A stretch of DNA of 64,000 nucleotides from Amphiscolops sp. MND2022. Lineage: Eukaryota. The position numbers and the translations under genes were made by a program. Under the pieces are notes generated by a model. That model was not told where the DNA came from, did not search any database, and was given only the letters and a program-made list of their open reading frames with translations. Below, piece after piece: positions 26,011-38,200 of the stretch. Position 1 is the first letter of the stretch; each line of letters begins with the position of its first letter. The stretch lies in NCBI GenBank assembly GCA_964187785.1, contig OZ076409.1, positions 66,094,001 to 66,158,000 of the forward strand, given 5' to 3'.

Positions 26011-26231
26011 GTTGGCACTAGAATGACGTTATATTTGTAACTGAAGCTTGAGTTCCATGTTACATTCTTTCTCCTTTAGCTTCAGCTATAGCGAATCAAT
26101 AGAAAACTTCAATTATTGATGACAACTTAAGACTCCCATCGCATAATATTTCATGATCACCACAACTTTACCAAGATCATGTCAGATCTTGACTAAAGTA
26201 TAACCAATAATTTTCAGTGGATATAGAACAG

Positions 26232-26580
26232 TTTTTAGTCGGCGCTTTTATTAAATAAAAGAGTCCGACTATTACACTCACTTGTTTTTTTTCCTTTTTT
26301 AGTTTTTCTTCAAGACAGACCCGAATGCGACAAAATTTTTGTTCAGTTTGTTCAACTAAATGATAATGTGTTTAGACTGTGAGACTTTTTCTTCGAAAAT
26401 TTTTAAATATCTCCAATGCATTGGAGACGCGTAAAAAATTTCTAGAAGTCTCACCCCCTTTTACATTTTCGGCATTATGAGACAATTTCAAAATTCTAAT
26501 TTTTCGTCTGAAATTAAGATTTTGCAATATATTTTTTTAACACCGTGTGGGGCGCCGACTTGAGTCGTTCCTGTCTTGTT
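26232..26580. repeat. Copy of the dominant dispersed repeat (Helentron/HINE-like)
   Basis: TTTTAGTCGGCGC ... GGCGCCGACTT..CTTGTT termini. Confidence 0.7.
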
Positions 26581-26762
26581 GAAATTTTTCAACTATTTGA
26601 AGACCATACAAAGTTGTAACAAATCTTCATGTTTCTGCAACATATTATAAGGGAACATTGGTTTTTTATATAATTGAGACGAAGCTAACATCTATCTATT
26701 GTGAATAATATTTGCATGTAAGTGGAAGCTTAGTAAAATTAACGATTTCTTGTTTTCTTCAG

Positions 26763-26937
26763 GGTCAAAAACATCGATGCGAAATTCTTTTGACCGATAT
26801 CAAAAACTTTGTTCGGAATGGGAATGTTGTCATTGCGAGTATATACCACGCCAACGATGCAGCCAAAAACAGGTCACTGTACACCTCGACTGACCTGGGT
26901 CAAATCTGGAATAGAGCTCAGGTGCCTATTTTTGAAG
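26763..26937 (+). CDS. VPS10/sortilin-family gene, exon 5
   Basis: TTCAG|GQKHRCE...LYTSTDLGQIWNRAQVPIFE G|GTGAGC; Asp-box STDLGQIW; phase 0/1. Confidence 0.87.
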
Positions 26938-27193
26938 GTGAGCTTAAAGGGTGCAATTAATTAAAATAAGCCATAACATTACCGAAGATCCTTACTGATA
27001 TTCAGACTCTTCATTGTAAATAATAAATTATCAATCGTTCAATCAAAAGAAGCATTAGATATACGTAATGTCAGCTATCTACGAATGTTAAATGGTCAGC
27101 CACTACAGTTTCTGAAATGATTATTAAGGCATTTGAAAACCAAAATACTCAATCACCAATTGAAGTCATTTATAATTTTCAAATCAAATCCGA

Positions 27194-28670
27194 TGTCGCA
27201 GGCTGCCGCCTGCGATGGCCTGACATACCAGATCACTCCAGAAGGTGATATGACAGCGCCTCTACCCGGAGTACTACCCATATAGAAGAGACTTAAAACA
27301 CTCAGAAACAATTTCACTTAGTTATATATTTTAATATTTTACTGATATGATAAATAATCTGATCATTGTGAGCAGTTTAACTACAATTGTTGACCTAAGG
27401 TCAACTTGACGGCATGTGCTTACTTGTGAATATAGTATTATTATTTAACAATACATTATGTTATTTATGTTATAATCCACCAGTTGTGAACTAGTAATCT
27501 AACGTGTAGCTAATTGTTTGCTGTTAGTGAAGTATAAATAATTCTGAGCAAGTGCTAATGTAAACTGACAATAAAGTAGGAAACGCGTTCAACTGGTACA
27601 GCGCTGCCGTCAAGTTGACGCGTAGTCCGAATTGGCGTTAGCCAATCAAATTGCAGTTACTAATATTTTACTGCCGCCGCTTGGACCATTGGTCCATTTA
27701 GCTCAATATCGTTCTGATTGCATGAAATGTTATTGTTGTCATGTAAACTTTATACTTTGTTCATTGTTGTTACTATTTATAGAACCTATGACGTGTTGTC
27801 ACATGTAATCTCAGTTGCTATATTTAGAATTATGATGTAATAGTGATGTCATTACTATTTTTACCCTATGACACCCTAAATATTGAGTGTCATGCGGGTA
27901 GGAGTATATATACGAAAGCTCAGTTGCATTTAAATCAATCAATCAATATACCACAACCTCAATACGAACAATTCCGTTACAGTCCTTCAATTTGACAATC
28001 TATTATTGAACTAGATTTCCTTTTGATATGCCTTCAACTAGAAAGCAAAAAGCGAAAGAGAAACGCTCGAGACAATCTGACGTAATGTCGGATATTGAAA
28101 ACTTAGATGTGATGCTAGGGAATTATGCAAACAGTGATATTAGAGACCGAGATATTGTAGATCAAATAGAAATTGACCCTGAGTCAAGTAGACGGCAACC
28201 AGGTTTTGGTCAAGAAGAAAGTAACTATAGGTCTCAATTGAACACTAACTTGAGTGAGAATAGTGAAATCACTGTAGAAACTAGTAGAGCAATTAGTTCA
28301 GAAATTTCCTCACAAATGTCGAGAAAATTGGAAGAGATGAAGTCTGATTTAAATTCTCATATTTTGGAAGTTATAAACTCAGCCATTGATGAAAAGATAC
28401 TTCCTAGTATTGAAAATGTAATTGCAAACAAAAGGGAGACAAAAAATGCAAAATGGGACCTTCGGTCAGATGGACGGCATCCAGATAGGAATATCCAAAT
28501 GACTCAGAATTCGGACCTTGAGTCACATGGACGGCATAAAAGTAAATTTTGCCAGCAGGTCCAGGACTCAGGCGAGAACTTCCCTAAACTAATCGCAACT
28601 TCTAGTAACCAGAATAATCACTGTAGGGAAAATCCAAATTTCGATCAAAGTGATGATGAAGGTTACGACA
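27194..28670 (+). repeat. 5' LTR (1477 bp)
   Basis: Near-identical to 41775-43254 (about 10 substitutions and one 3-nt indel by eye); TATA-like TATATATA near 27905. Confidence 0.97.
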
Positions 28671-29818
28671 TGGTGACAGGAGCCAACCTTACCCCACATT
28701 TGGTCCCAGAATTCCTGACCGGACGGCCCATGCAATCCCGAAACACTATTCCCCTTCCAAATCCTAGCACTGACGATACGCTGGAAACAACCCTCCCAGC
28801 TCAGCAAAATCCAATTTCAATCAACACTCAGGAGACGCCCCGCGAACCTCCAGTCGACCCCATCAACCGTCTTGCAGATGTCATTATGGGGATGAACACG
28901 AAACAACCATCTCAAACTCTGATGGTACGCCCAGTCAGTACGACCACACTGACGTTTGACGGGAAATCTGAAAAGTTCGAACTGTTCGAAGATCTTTTTC
29001 ACACGATGATAAAGATGCAACCGGACATGACGGAAACAATGAAAATCAACCATTTTCACTCCCTGTTGCGCAAAAACGCGCTACAGACCTTTCGCAACAT
29101 CAATTCAACCAACAGAAAAACCCTAGAGGACATACTAGCAGTCTTCCGTAGGAAATATGTCAAACCCGAATCTCAGGCAACTGCCAAACACAAATGGAAC
29201 AAAATGGTATTTGATCCAAATACCATGAAATTGCCTGATTTCCTCGAAGAACTTAACCAAGGTGCTGAAAAAGCCTTTGGGGAACATGCCCAAGCAATGA
29301 TTGACAGTTTGCTTTATGCTAAACTACCACCTAAACTGAAACGTTCAGTTAACATGGCGCGACTTGAAAACGCTACGTATGAAGAGATTGTCACACATCT
29401 CGAACGAGAATTAGAACTGAATGGACTTGAGGAAGGTGACGACATTCACGTCCCCACAATGTCCACTGCCCCCACAGCAACACGACCGGGAACTGGTCTC
29501 CTTTCATCCGGCATCGACCCAAACATTACTTGCAATTATTGCAAAAAACCTGGGCACGTCAAAGATGACTGCCGCAAACTCAAAAGAAAGGAGGAACAAA
29601 AGCGCAATGGCGGACAGTATACGAAGAAAGAATATCCCAAATGTCCAACTTGCGACAAAACGAATCACCCGGCGGAACGGTGTTGGAAAGGCGCTGGAGC
29701 CCACCTCAAGCCCAAAAACCTCAAATTGGATAATTCCAAAACCGAGGAAACTCCGATGAGTCAAGATGACTCCAATAACAAACCCACTACTTCTATTCTC
29801 AAAAATTCAAAAAACTAG
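28028..29818 (+). CDS. gag: Gag (596 aa), starting inside the 5' LTR
   Basis: Capsid-like region (FDGKSEKFELFEDLF...) and two zinc knuckles CNYCKKPGHVKDDC and CPTCDKTNHPAERC; intact. Confidence 0.92.
   Translation: MPSTRKQKAKEKRSRQSDVMSDIENLDVMLGNYANSDIRDRDIVDQIEIDPESSRRQPGFGQEESNYRSQLNTNLSENSEITVETSRAISSEISSQMSRKLEEMKSDLNSHILEVINSAIDEKILPSIENVIANKRETKNAKWDLRSDGRHPDRNIQMTQNSDLESHGRHKSKFCQQVQDSGENFPKLIATSSNQNNHCRENPNFDQSDDEGYDMVTGANLTPHLVPEFLTGRPMQSRNTIPLPNPSTDDTLETTLPAQQNPISINTQETPREPPVDPINRLADVIMGMNTKQPSQTLMVRPVSTTTLTFDGKSEKFELFEDLFHTMIKMQPDMTETMKINHFHSLLRKNALQTFRNINSTNRKTLEDILAVFRRKYVKPESQATAKHKWNKMVFDPNTMKLPDFLEELNQGAEKAFGEHAQAMIDSLLYAKLPPKLKRSVNMARLENATYEEIVTHLERELELNGLEEGDDIHVPTMSTAPTATRPGTGLLSSGIDPNITCNYCKKPGHVKDDCRKLKRKEEQKRNGGQYTKKEYPKCPTCDKTNHPAERCWKGAGAHLKPKNLKLDNSKTEETPMSQDDSNNKPTTSILKNSKN
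28671..28682 (+). other. Primer-binding site
   Basis: TGGTGACAGGAG directly after the LTR end; resembles the complement of the 3' end of eukaryotic tRNA-Leu (TGGTGTCAGGAG). Primer identity is an inference. Confidence 0.75.
29809..29815 (+). other. -1 ribosomal frameshift heptamer A AAA AAC
   Basis: Immediately before the gag TAG; pol is in the -1 frame. Confidence 0.75.
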
Positions 29819-32800
29819 ATTTGCCACGACTCCAGATTAATGAAAAACTACTTGTCAGACAATATTTAATATCTGACCCTCCTACTATCTATTATACAGA
29901 ATATTATTCCTCCATTAAAGAAAATTCATCAGCTGACTGGCAGCAGCAGGTGAAACAAACTCCTACCAATTTACACAATTTGGACCTTCAGTCCAATAGA
30001 CAGCACTCTAACACTATGACTATTCGCACTCTTCCCCTCATAGATAACTATAATCCCTATTATCCCGACCCAGACTTTGGTTTCGACCCCTATTGGGACG
30101 TTCACATCTACAACCAGCATCATCTACACTTCTACAAAAACTTCACCAAAAATGCTGCAGATATCGAACCTGATCAACACCATATTGATCAGCTACAGCA
30201 TACCAAACTATCCATGGCCTCTGTGGACCCCTGGCAAAAGGGGCAGATTAACAACCACCCACCAATCCAGGAGGAAATCACACAAGAACTTCCACACAAT
30301 GGACCTCTGGTCACATTGACGGCAACAGTGGAAGAACGATATGTGAACACGCTGATCTCACGAAATGGTGAACCTGACTATGTCCCGTTGACAACCAACT
30401 TGGGGCTCAAATATAAACGACGCATGCTCTGCTTTCCAATGGATTTTGGCGAACTAACATTAGATGGCCTTGTAGACACGGGAGCCCTATCTAGCGCGAT
30501 CCCAGAAGCTGATCTACGTAAAATCCGATTACTAGCCCCTCAGTCCATAATTAAAGAGGGCCCAGCACCCAACTTCCAAATTATGGTAGCTAATGGACAG
30601 CTGGAGAATCCAAAGAGCACCGTTGAACTCAAATTCGAGGTCGGGGACTTCGATTTCCATGAGATCTTCATTGTTATGGAAAAACTTACAAGTCCGCTCA
30701 TTGGTCTCTCGTTCCTGCAACGGAACAATACCATATTGGACATGCGACAGGGAATCTTAAACTTTCCATTCTTTTCCATGCAATTAAAAACAGCTGACCA
30801 TAAGTACACCAATGTCATGGAACCTATCTGTGCGCGGGAGGACATAACTATTCCCCCCAATGACAGACATATGGTCTCCATGTCCTCACAACTATATGAC
30901 GACACAAACGTCACCGGAATCCTTCAACCGAGCAATGACCTTGCAGAAGATGGTGACATAACCTTCTGCGCTGCTCTCGTCACACTGACCCAAGGTCAGG
31001 TATCGATCCATGTCAAAAATTTCACTGACCAGCCATACACCATCAAAAGAGGCTCGCACATTGCAAATTTCTCTGTTCTCACCCCAGAACAAATGAAATA
31101 CGTCAAACCCATTGACCCAGTAACCACCTGGCACTTTTTGAAAGATAATCCGGAAAATGCTGCATACTATGCCAGTAGCCTCATCAAATCCCCGAAAAAT
31201 AGCGAAGACAGTCAGAACTATTGGTTCCCGACTCCAGAAGAACCAGTGGACCCTCAAACGCATACACCAATACAACAAAGAATCCTCAGGGAATTACGAA
31301 GCCTCCAGGATTTAGAGAAACTCAACCCCCAGGACGACCCTGAGTCCAGGAAACAGTTTCTTGCTAACTTTGACTGGACTGACTCAACGCTAAATCCGGT
31401 TGAAATTGCCCAAATTGAGGAAATACTTGTCGAATTTCACGACATTTTTGCAAGGCACCGCTTTGATATAGGAATGAACGAGGACTTCAAAGTCACAATG
31501 ACCCCAAAAGACGACTCTCCCGCCTACAGTCAAAGCCTACCTACCCCTATCAACCTCAAAGAAGACATTCTGTTGAATTAGCACTACTCCACCGCTATGG
31601 GATCATAACAACACTTCCGTTTTCCAAATATGCGAGCCCCATTTTTGCCCAGAAAAAACCTAATGGCAAATTACGACTTTTGGTTGACCTCCGAAAAATC
31701 AACAATTTGATCTTCGACGATAATATCAACAACAACCATCCTGTCAGCACATTAACGGATGCAGCGCAACACATTTCAGGCAAACGATTATTTTGCAAGC
31801 TCGACTGTTCTCAGGCATACCACTGTCTGCAGATGGCGGACCAAAGGTCCATAGAGATGTTGGCATTCAATTTCGCCAGTTGAACCTTTGCCTATCGCCG
31901 ACTTGCGCAAGGTCTGAGCCGAGCCCTATCAGCTTTCTCAAGTTTTATGCGTGAATACCTGGATAAAGTGATTAAAGCGGATCAATGTGCCCAATATGTC
32001 GATGACAGTGGGATTGCCGCCAACAGTGCCACTCAACTCATCAACAACTTGCGAGCAACATTTGCATGCATCAGGACCGCGGGTCTCAAATTAACGATGC
32101 ACAAATGTCACTTCGGAGCCAAAGAAATTGACTTCCTGGGACGCACCATCACTCCTGAGGGAGTGCGGCCGCAACGACCCAGGGTCCAAAACTTTCTGGA
32201 GAAAACGAATTTTCCGAAATCCAAAAAAGCTCTTCATCGATATTTGGGATTTTTAAACAACTACCGCAATTACATTCCACGGCTCTCTGAAAAGCTAACA
32301 CCATTCTTCAAGCTGTTGAAAAATGATTCCAAAGTCATGGTGACCCCTGAACTGTTAGAACAATTCACCGAGATCAACAAAGCTCTTGACCGATGTTGTG
32401 AACTCGCACTCAAACAACCTCTGCCCAACAAACAGATAGCCCTGATGACTGATGCTAGTTTTTCGGCAGCAGGTTATGCAGTTCTCATCGAGGATGATCC
32501 AATGGAAAAATATAGTTCAACGCGCAAAGCCTTTGCACCAGTAGCATATGGATCCAAGACCTTTAGTCCCGCCCAGTTGAAAATGTCCATCTATGCGAGA
32601 GAATTCTTAGCAATATTCTTTGCCTTCAGGGAGTTTGGACACATCTTCTGGGGGACCCCGACACCGGTGATCATTCTAACAGACAACAAATCAGTCACTC
32701 GCTTTTTTTTCAGACGAAAATTATTCCACCAACGCTATGGAACGCGTGTGACTACGTTATTCAGTTCAGCTTCACGATTGCCCATATACCAGGGAAAAAC

Positions 32801-34984
32801 AATACTGCCGCAGATTATTTGTCCCGTCTTGAAATCTGTCCTAACGAAAAACTTGTACTCCGCATACGAGAGGACATTCCAACTACACCCATTGAACTCA
32901 ATGTCCAATCAGCGGGAGTGACCGAAGAGGACCAGATATTCTACACGGACGACGAAGAAGAAACTGAGGAACAATTATGGCAAAGAAAAAAGGAAGCCAG
33001 GTCAAATCCTACAAATCAACTACCTGATATTACATTGGACAAACTCAGTCTACATAAAAGTACCCAAATCCAAACACCAACTTTGCAAAAACTAGCGAAA
33101 CCAATCACCATGGCTATTGAACAAAACAATGACATCACATTGCAACAACTACGCCTCAAATTACAAAAAGAAGAATACTCTGAAACCATCTTACAGCAGG
33201 ATCCACGTTACCGACATTACTGCCGTCAACTTGACCGTCTGTCCGTTCATGAAGATATCATCTACAGAGACTATTATGACGAAACCGGCAATGTCCAATT
33301 TCGCCAAGTGCTATTACCGAAACACCTTGTCACTGAATTACTTCAATCCTTACACGGCACTGCGAACAAACATCCAGGAATTTCCAAAATGCTTCATGAG
33401 ATACGTCAAAAATACTATTACCCAGGCGTTGCAAAAATTGTCAAAAAATGGGTCCAAGGGTGCGAAATCTGCATCCGAGACAAACGAATTGCCAACGCAT
33501 CAATAACACCCGAATTACTGAATTTGCCCGAATGGGACCTAGGTCCGGAAGACGCCTAACAAATAGACCTGTTACCGAACCTCCCACCCAGTGGAGGATA
33601 TGAAAACATCATAACAGCTTTAGACGTCTTCTCCGGATACCTTTTTGCATATCCTGTAACGGACGCGTCGGCAATCAGTACAGCAAAAGTTCTCATTGAC
33701 ATTATGACCCGACACACGTATCTACCAACGACACTTATCACAGATAAAGGAACGGCTTTTACGTCTCGCGTAGTAACAGAAGTAGCAAAAATTTTGGGCA
33801 TCACACTTCAATGTGCGACCACAAAACATCCTCAGACCAAAGGTAAACTAGAGAGAACCCATGCCAGCCTCAAAGGAAACCTCAAAATGGCATCAGGAGA
33901 GTACAGGCGCCAGTGCCATAAATACCTCCCTTTGGCTGTCCTTAATTACAATACAACCTACCACTCTAGCCTAGGTTGCGAGCCATCTAGAATTTTTCAT
34001 GGCAGAGTGCCTTATAACATCCTGGACCATCGGTTAGGTTTGAACCCCAATCCAAAAATCATACCAACAACCGACTTTGCTGAAGAACTACAACGCCGCA
34101 CTCAAAACCTTATTGATAAAACAAAGAAAAACATTATGCAATCATACTTAAAGTACAAAGACTATTACGATCGGAAGGCTAAAGCAGCTCCCTTAGAACA
34201 AGGAGATTTTTGCTTCATTTTACAGCCACTAGCCGATCATCAGGGTTCTAAAATCCCATTTCGAGAATTTCGATGGATCGGACCATATGTCATCGAAAAG
34301 GTCCTTCCTAACGAGAATTATAATATGCGCAAACTGAATTCTAACAAAACGCAGATTTTACACCGAAAACGCCTTAGGAAATATACTCCAAATACTACAT
34401 TACAAGATACTCGCCCTGAAGGAAATTTACAAGCCGATGATGAAATTATTATCCCACAAGACGACCTGTACATTATTTCATGGGAAAGCAATTTTGATGA
34501 TTTCCCTCCTAGTACTGAACAGCAAATCAATCCTAACGATTCTCCTACTCATTTTAATGAACAAGACGCTATAATCACAGATTTGGACCTTCGGTCCACG
34601 CGGCGGCAAGAAAATACTGACGCTGCGGATACTGATTCACACTCGCGTGAAGTAGCTGAAGCGGACCTTCGGTCCGCGCGACGGCAAACAAATACTGAAT
34701 CTGATAATTTTGAACAAGACGCGCGTGACCAAACTACTGAAGACCGTCAGTCCACCCGACGGCAAGAAAGTACCGAATTTGAAAACGATGAAATAGTTAA
34801 TCAAGACTCGTCTGTTGATGAAAATTCTGATTATTCAACTTATAGGGGGAATGATACAACCGTGCCCGATGTATTAAACGAAGAAACTGATGATTGTGTT
34901 GTAGAAAACGAAAGTCCTAGGGGAGGGAAATATAACTTACGCCCCAATCCTACCCCCAACTTTACTGATGAATACAGATACTAG
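29815..34984 (+). pseudogene. pol: Pol (protease, dUTPase-like remnant, RT, RNase H, integrase), disrupted in this copy
   Basis: LVDTGA, LDCSQAY, YVDD, TDAS, TDNKS, H..HPG..CEIC, integrase core. Lesions: 1-nt deletion near 31571, TGA 31881, frameshift in T-run near 32703-32710, TAA 33557. Confidence 0.93.
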
Positions 34985-35226
34985 TCAGAAAATGTAAATT
35001 CACTGGCCCGTTGCATTCTTTTTCTCTCCTCTTACTGACACTGACTGTCAAATTATTTTTTTCATGGGCCCTATCTGACTTTAAGTTTTCAATGCAGACT
35101 CAAACACAAGTGTCAAAATGACACAACTATAAAACAGACACGAAAACAACTCAAACAAACTCAAAAGAAACGAACAAATTAACAGATACATAAATACAAC
35201 TAAAAACAAATGTACATATGGCACAA

Positions 35227-38200
35227 TTAAACGTCTTTAGTCGATGAGCTAGTAGGAAGTTCACTATCAGATGGCCGTTTGACAGGGGAGGTTTTGGCAC
35301 TAGATGAAGGAAGACTTTTTGAAACTTTGCCGCCCTTTAGTCCTTTGAACCGCAGTTTACGAGTGTCACCTTTCTGCTTCACCAAAACAGGATGTAATGT
35401 TGCAAGGATTTCTGTGCGGTTGAACAAGTCTAAGCCGTCCCAGGGACTGTAGGTGTCTGTAAAAGCTGAACCTCCAAATGTAGGCTCGAAAGCCAGAAAG
35501 TCGCTGATTGGAGTGGCAGTGGTAAGAGCATCGACACTACGCCCAACATTCATGAAGAAAGATTGGACAGGCAATATTGTATCAATCAGCTTACTTTTGG
35601 GGTCATCTTCACGGACGAGTCCGAACTTCACTGGAGGCATGGCACTGTAACCCTGATCAAGGCAGAGGCAACTGAGTTTAAAGATCCGTGCCAAATGAGG
35701 ACGTGACAACAAAGTAACATGTCCAGATTTGAATGCAACTGCATCAAGAATAATGACCCTGGGTTGGTCTAAGTCAGGGTACTCTTTTCGAAGTTCATCA
35801 AGGAAGGACAAATACTCTTCAGTGCAAATGGATTCGTCGTCGGCTTGATAATATCCACGCACATGAAAACTACGAAACAACTGCTTAAAACAATACAGGG
35901 CCTGGCTAAGAGGGGAACGAAATATAATATCGAGATCAAAGGAGCCCATTCCCTTTACTATATCCGAGGTCAGCTGTAAATTGCTCTGGGCAGCATGAAA
36001 CAAGTATGCAACGTAGCTGCGGCCTAATCGTCCGAATTCCTCTTTGCCTTGGTTTACCAATTTGGGCAAATTGGCTCTACTGGTCTTCTTCTCACTCAGC
36101 TCCTTCTCAGCCTTAATTTTACAAGCAGTATTGAGGCGCTGATCGAGTTTACATCTGGTTATAAAATCAGGGACGGACAAAGCACGAGCATCTGAGACTG
36201 ACACGCCGAGGATTCCAGATAAGTCAGTTTCTTGGGGCAAGCTCTTGGCCTTGATGCATTGTCTTCCGAGTTTAAACAGAAATTGACAAAGTTGGCAATA
36301 AATATGGAACCCGTGGTCCCGACGTTCAACAAGATGTGGTACGAAACTTGTTGTATCTAAATAAACATATTCCACCATATACAAGAGGACGATTTCATTA
36401 ACCATTCAACCAAAGGGTAATACTAACAATCTCTAACGAGGCGATAAAATAGCTCCAGTCGGCACAGAAACAATTCATCTTGTATCATGGCTCGTTCCAA
36501 GTTTTGGGGCTTAAAACAACAATTAGCCTAATTAAAACGGAGTAAGTTGGACCTAAGGTCATTACGACGGCAAGAACTTACCTGTTTCCTCACTCCCATC
36601 ATCTCATGTGGAGGAGCGTGTTTGTTCAAGTATTCAAGTACCTTGGGCCAATTGGTAAGCAGCTCTTGACATAAGGTGGGAAGCTTCGCCAACTCAATCT
36701 GACAGGTGCGCACAGCCTGGAAAGAGGAATTTATTGAGTCGGGTGAATACTTCTGGCCTACGAAAGAGAAAGAAAGGACATTACCTTAGCAAGTATGGGT
36801 GTCATGAGGGTCCAGTCGCAGTCCAAGCAGCCGCCCAGAAAAATTATGAGGTATTTCAGCACCGAGTGGAAATCTATGCGTCCAAAGACGCTATAACTCT
36901 CCTTATGCATCAATCGGGCAATTGAAAACTCCTCGAATCTGAGGGGGCGCTGAAGTCCATACTTGAAATAAGGAAAGTTGTCAACCAGCTGCACTGTTTC
37001 AAGGGTACTACCAGAACAGCTGACGAGATTCGGACTGGTAGACAGAGCAGCCATGACGTAACTGATCAGGCACTGTTCCGCTGATGACTGGCCAAGGACT
37101 CTACCGGTTCGCTTGAGAAAGACTAGACAAAGTTCATCCTTTCTCCAAAAGCGTATGAAGACGAGCAGGAACACTCCCTGCTTGACAAAGTCCAGAGAAT
37201 ACTCGTCGGAAGCTACTACGTGTTCAGCAATGTCACGGATAGTTAGGAGGAACAGATGATGGAACAGAGCCTGGAAAACACGACCCCAGTGTTACCATAT
37301 GCGAAAAGCAAGATTTAAACCAACTAAGATGACTTAAGGTCAGTAGGAACAGAGGAAGTACTAACCGACAATCGTTCTTTACTCCAGTTGAAGTCGGTGA
37401 AGAGCGACTGGTGGTTCACGATGACGCCGACGTCTCGCCAGAAACTCTTCAAAATACTGATATCACCTTGGCTTCGGAGGTAGTTGCCAAGAACAGATAT
37501 CTGGATTCGTACACGATTCTCTGACGAAGATGCCATGTAATCGGTACCCTGGATATATTCATCGTAAAACGGCAACTTCTCGCCTATGTCCACGAGTTGT
37601 TCTTCAATGAAATAGGGCAGTTCTAGCTGAAGCTCAAAGGGTGTGAGCAATTTACCGTCTCTTCCTCGGACATGGTGCTTGACGACCTTGGTGATCGGAT
37701 CTTCAGTTGCCAGATGTTCATAACGCCACCTCTGGTCTTTTCTGAGATGACGTTCGGTAGCATGATGTCTCAGAATCTCTCGTGCCCCACGACCGTAAAT
37801 GGATATGTTGCCCTTACATATCTGACAATAAAATTTGTAGGGGTTCCACCGAGGGTCAACGGGTCCCGACACAAAGGTCTTGGTCCACTCCATTCCCTTG
37901 AAGTAGGCTTCTTTCATTATTTTGCACCCCCGAGGCACTCGATGTCTACTTGGCCCAGAATTGCGGGTTGGCGTCTTCCTTGATTTTTTCTGTCTCACAA
38001 TTTTGGTTTTCTCAGCCACAGCTTCAGCCTTCAACCCAGCCAACGTTTGTGCCCCAGGACTCTCAAGTTGGTTAGTAGCGTCAAAAGACCCAAGGTCAGC
38101 TCGACTGCAACCTGGTGGGCCTGCGGGAGGTGGAGTAAATGGATGACTCTCTGAATCTGAGTGCTCATAAGAGTATCCGATGCTGGCAAAGTCATCAGTG

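Noticed and set aside
37331..37353. Further copy of the 23-bp motif in intron 1 of the antisense gene
   Set aside because: GAC-N5-GTC is present but the GACGGCA part is not; not counted.
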